Assembly (NCBI RefSeq): GCF_022368895.1
Contig: NZ_CP058714.1
Strand: one strand, 5' to 3'
Source: Escherichia coli
GTDB taxonomy: Bacteria; Pseudomonadota; Gammaproteobacteria; Enterobacterales; Enterobacteriaceae
DNA length: 32,000 nt
The notes beneath the pieces were generated by a model, which was given only the letters and a program-made list of their open reading frames with translations, searched no databases and was not told the DNA's origin. Numbering within the stretch: the stretch's first letter is position 1; every line of letters begins with the position of its first letter. The position numbers and the translations under genes were made by a program. Below are positions 30,576 through 32,000 of the stretch, in pieces.

Positions 30576-31556
30576 TTAGTGGTTCAGAAGATGGTTTGCC
30601 TCTTGTTTGATTTGTTGTAGTACGTTACGCACATGATTTATCTGATTAATTGCATCTTCTTTTTCTTTACGTAACCGCGCATCCAGTAAATGATTTTCTG
30701 GCAATGGTGTTTCACTCATCTGGCGATAAGGGATCCACGGATTATCATCTTCGTCTTCAAAGCGGAACGCCGGCGCATAGTAATCAACCTCTTCTTCCAG
30801 GCCATATGCCGTCACCTGCGGCTCATCATCACCCAGGCAGATAAGGTGCGTTAATAACGCTTTGAACGGCATATCACCCTGACCTGAAATACAGGCTTTA
30901 TGACCCAGGCCACCCTCTTCTTTAACGATCAAGGCATCTTTGATATGGACCTGGGTAATATGCGGTGCCATCGTTTTTAAAGCGTCGATGGGATGCTCAT
31001 TTGCATTGATCATGTTCGCAAAATCAAACAGTAAGGAAAGAGATTCCATCTCACTTTCTTTGACCAGCGACACCAGCTCATGGCTTTTTAAATCTTCATG
31101 CTGTTCGATCGTAAAAGTCAGGCCGCTGTCCTGATACGTTTCTCGTACATAGGCAATGTCGTTAGCGATAATCGATAATACATCGCGCAAATTACCTTCA
31201 TAACGCGGATAAAAACGTACGGAGGATGCCCCAGTTTTCAACGCGATGGCGACGGCTTCGTCAATAGATTTTTTATCTGAGGCGCTGGTTTCAATATGAA
31301 TATCAAGGTTCAGACGGCGGGCTTTATCCCCAAAGGCAGAGAGTTCTTTATCGTCCATATTACCAAGAGAAAAACGCTCTCCATCCAGAACATGGATTTT
31401 GACGCCACGTAGATTATTTTCACTTGCGATATCAAGTAAATCAGCAGGCAACACTCTTTCCAGTCGCATATTTAAATGAAAGGCATAAGCATGTAAATAA
31501 AGAGGAAGAGTGTCGACACGTTGTAGAATCTTTCTTGCGTTATTTATTGTCACCAT
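30576..31556 (-). CDS. yihM: YihM, putative sugar phosphate isomerase/epimerase (TIM barrel)
   Basis: 326 aa, xylose isomerase-like barrel features (LLFDFANMINANEHPIDALKTMAPHITQVHIKDALI). Confidence 0.93.
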   Translation of the reverse strand: MVTINNARKILQRVDTLPLYLHAYAFHLNMRLERVLPADLLDIASENNLRGVKIHVLDGERFSLGNMDDKELSAFGDKARRLNLDIHIETSASDKKSIDEAVAIALKTGASSVRFYPRYEGNLRDVLSIIANDIAYVRETYQDSGLTFTIEQHEDLKSHELVSLVKESEMESLSLLFDFANMINANEHPIDALKTMAPHITQVHIKDALIVKEEGGLGHKACISGQGDMPFKALLTHLICLGDDEPQVTAYGLEEEVDYYAPAFRFEDEDDNPWIPYRQMSETPLPENHLLDARLRKEKEDAINQINHVRNVLQQIKQEANHLLNH

Positions 31557-31563
31557 AAAACAC

Positions 31564-32000
31564 CTACAGATTAATGATGAGGTCTACGGCCTCAAATCGC
31601 CAATATTCAATATCTATCTGGACAATATTGCCCTGCTGGTCGGCGCGATGCTTTTCAATTAAGATCGCTGGCATACCCGCAGAACCGCCAAGATACTTGC
31701 TGATATCGCCCGGCATTCTGACGGGTTTGAAAATCAATTTTTTTACTACCGTCTCTTTTTGGTAGCACTTTTCCCAGACTGCAGAAAATGAGTGGTTTTC
31801 AAGTTGTTCAATAAAACCCGGGGCAACTTCAGGATTAATATATGTTTCGTGATAGAAAACTTTATGTCCTTCCAGCGCCCCCCAGCCGGTGATGCGATAG
31901 AGTTCAGTTGATGGTGTCACTGCAATCAGTGGCGCGAGCGTCTCGGGAATATCGCTGGTACGGTTTTTCTCGGTAAACCCCCAGGAAGGCTCTCGTCCTT
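31564..32000 (-). CDS. yihL: GntR-family regulator YihL, partial (N-terminus beyond right edge)
   Basis: Reading frame continues past the listed GTG start at 31920 to the window edge (GREPSWGFTEKNRTSDIPETLAPLIAVTPSTELYRITGWGALEGHKVFYHETYINPEVAPGFIEQL). UTRA-type effector domain. Confidence 0.88.
   Translation of the reverse strand, partial: GREPSWGFTEKNRTSDIPETLAPLIAVTPSTELYRITGWGALEGHKVFYHETYINPEVAPGFIEQLENHSFSAVWEKCYQKETVVKKLIFKPVRMPGDISKYLGGSAGMPAILIEKHRADQQGNIVQIDIEYWRFEAVDLIINL

Overview
Chromosomal E. coli-type window, inverted relative to the K-12 numbering. The backbone reads fdhD < > fdoG(Sec)-fdoH-fdoI-fdhE, then yiiF and yiiE, fabY(yiiD)-dtd-yihY-yihX, the sulfoquinovose catabolism cluster (yihW/csqR, yihV, yihU, yihT, yihS, yihR, yihQ, yihP, yihO, ompL), and yihN, yihM, yihL (yihL runs off the right edge). 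Gene names come from recognising protein sequences and gene order, not from a database search. Two segments do not fit the K-12-like backbone as I recall it. (1) At 1-3510 (minus strand) there is a compact Hsp90/HtpG-like GHKL ATPase followed, after a 1-nt gap, by a long helical, possibly TPR-like ORF (at least 557 codons, open to the left edge). The supplied ORF track misses this second ORF. (2) At about 11.6-14.2 kb, between yiiE and fabY, there is an AT-rich segment encoding an intact ~604-aa protein. It carries a C-x5-R motif, CKSAKDRT, about 97 residues from the C-terminus, as in IpgD/SopB-type phosphoinositide phosphatase effectors. No adjacent chaperone or secretion genes are visible. 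These two loci are the best candidates for follow-up. Smaller signals are a UGA-Sec/SECIS in fdoG, duplicated yiiE/yiiF genes that also share an upstream repeat, three copies of AAAAAGTGAC around the csqR/yihV/yihU promoters, and a dense group of inverted repeats and a terminator-like structure at 11.78-11.98 kb.
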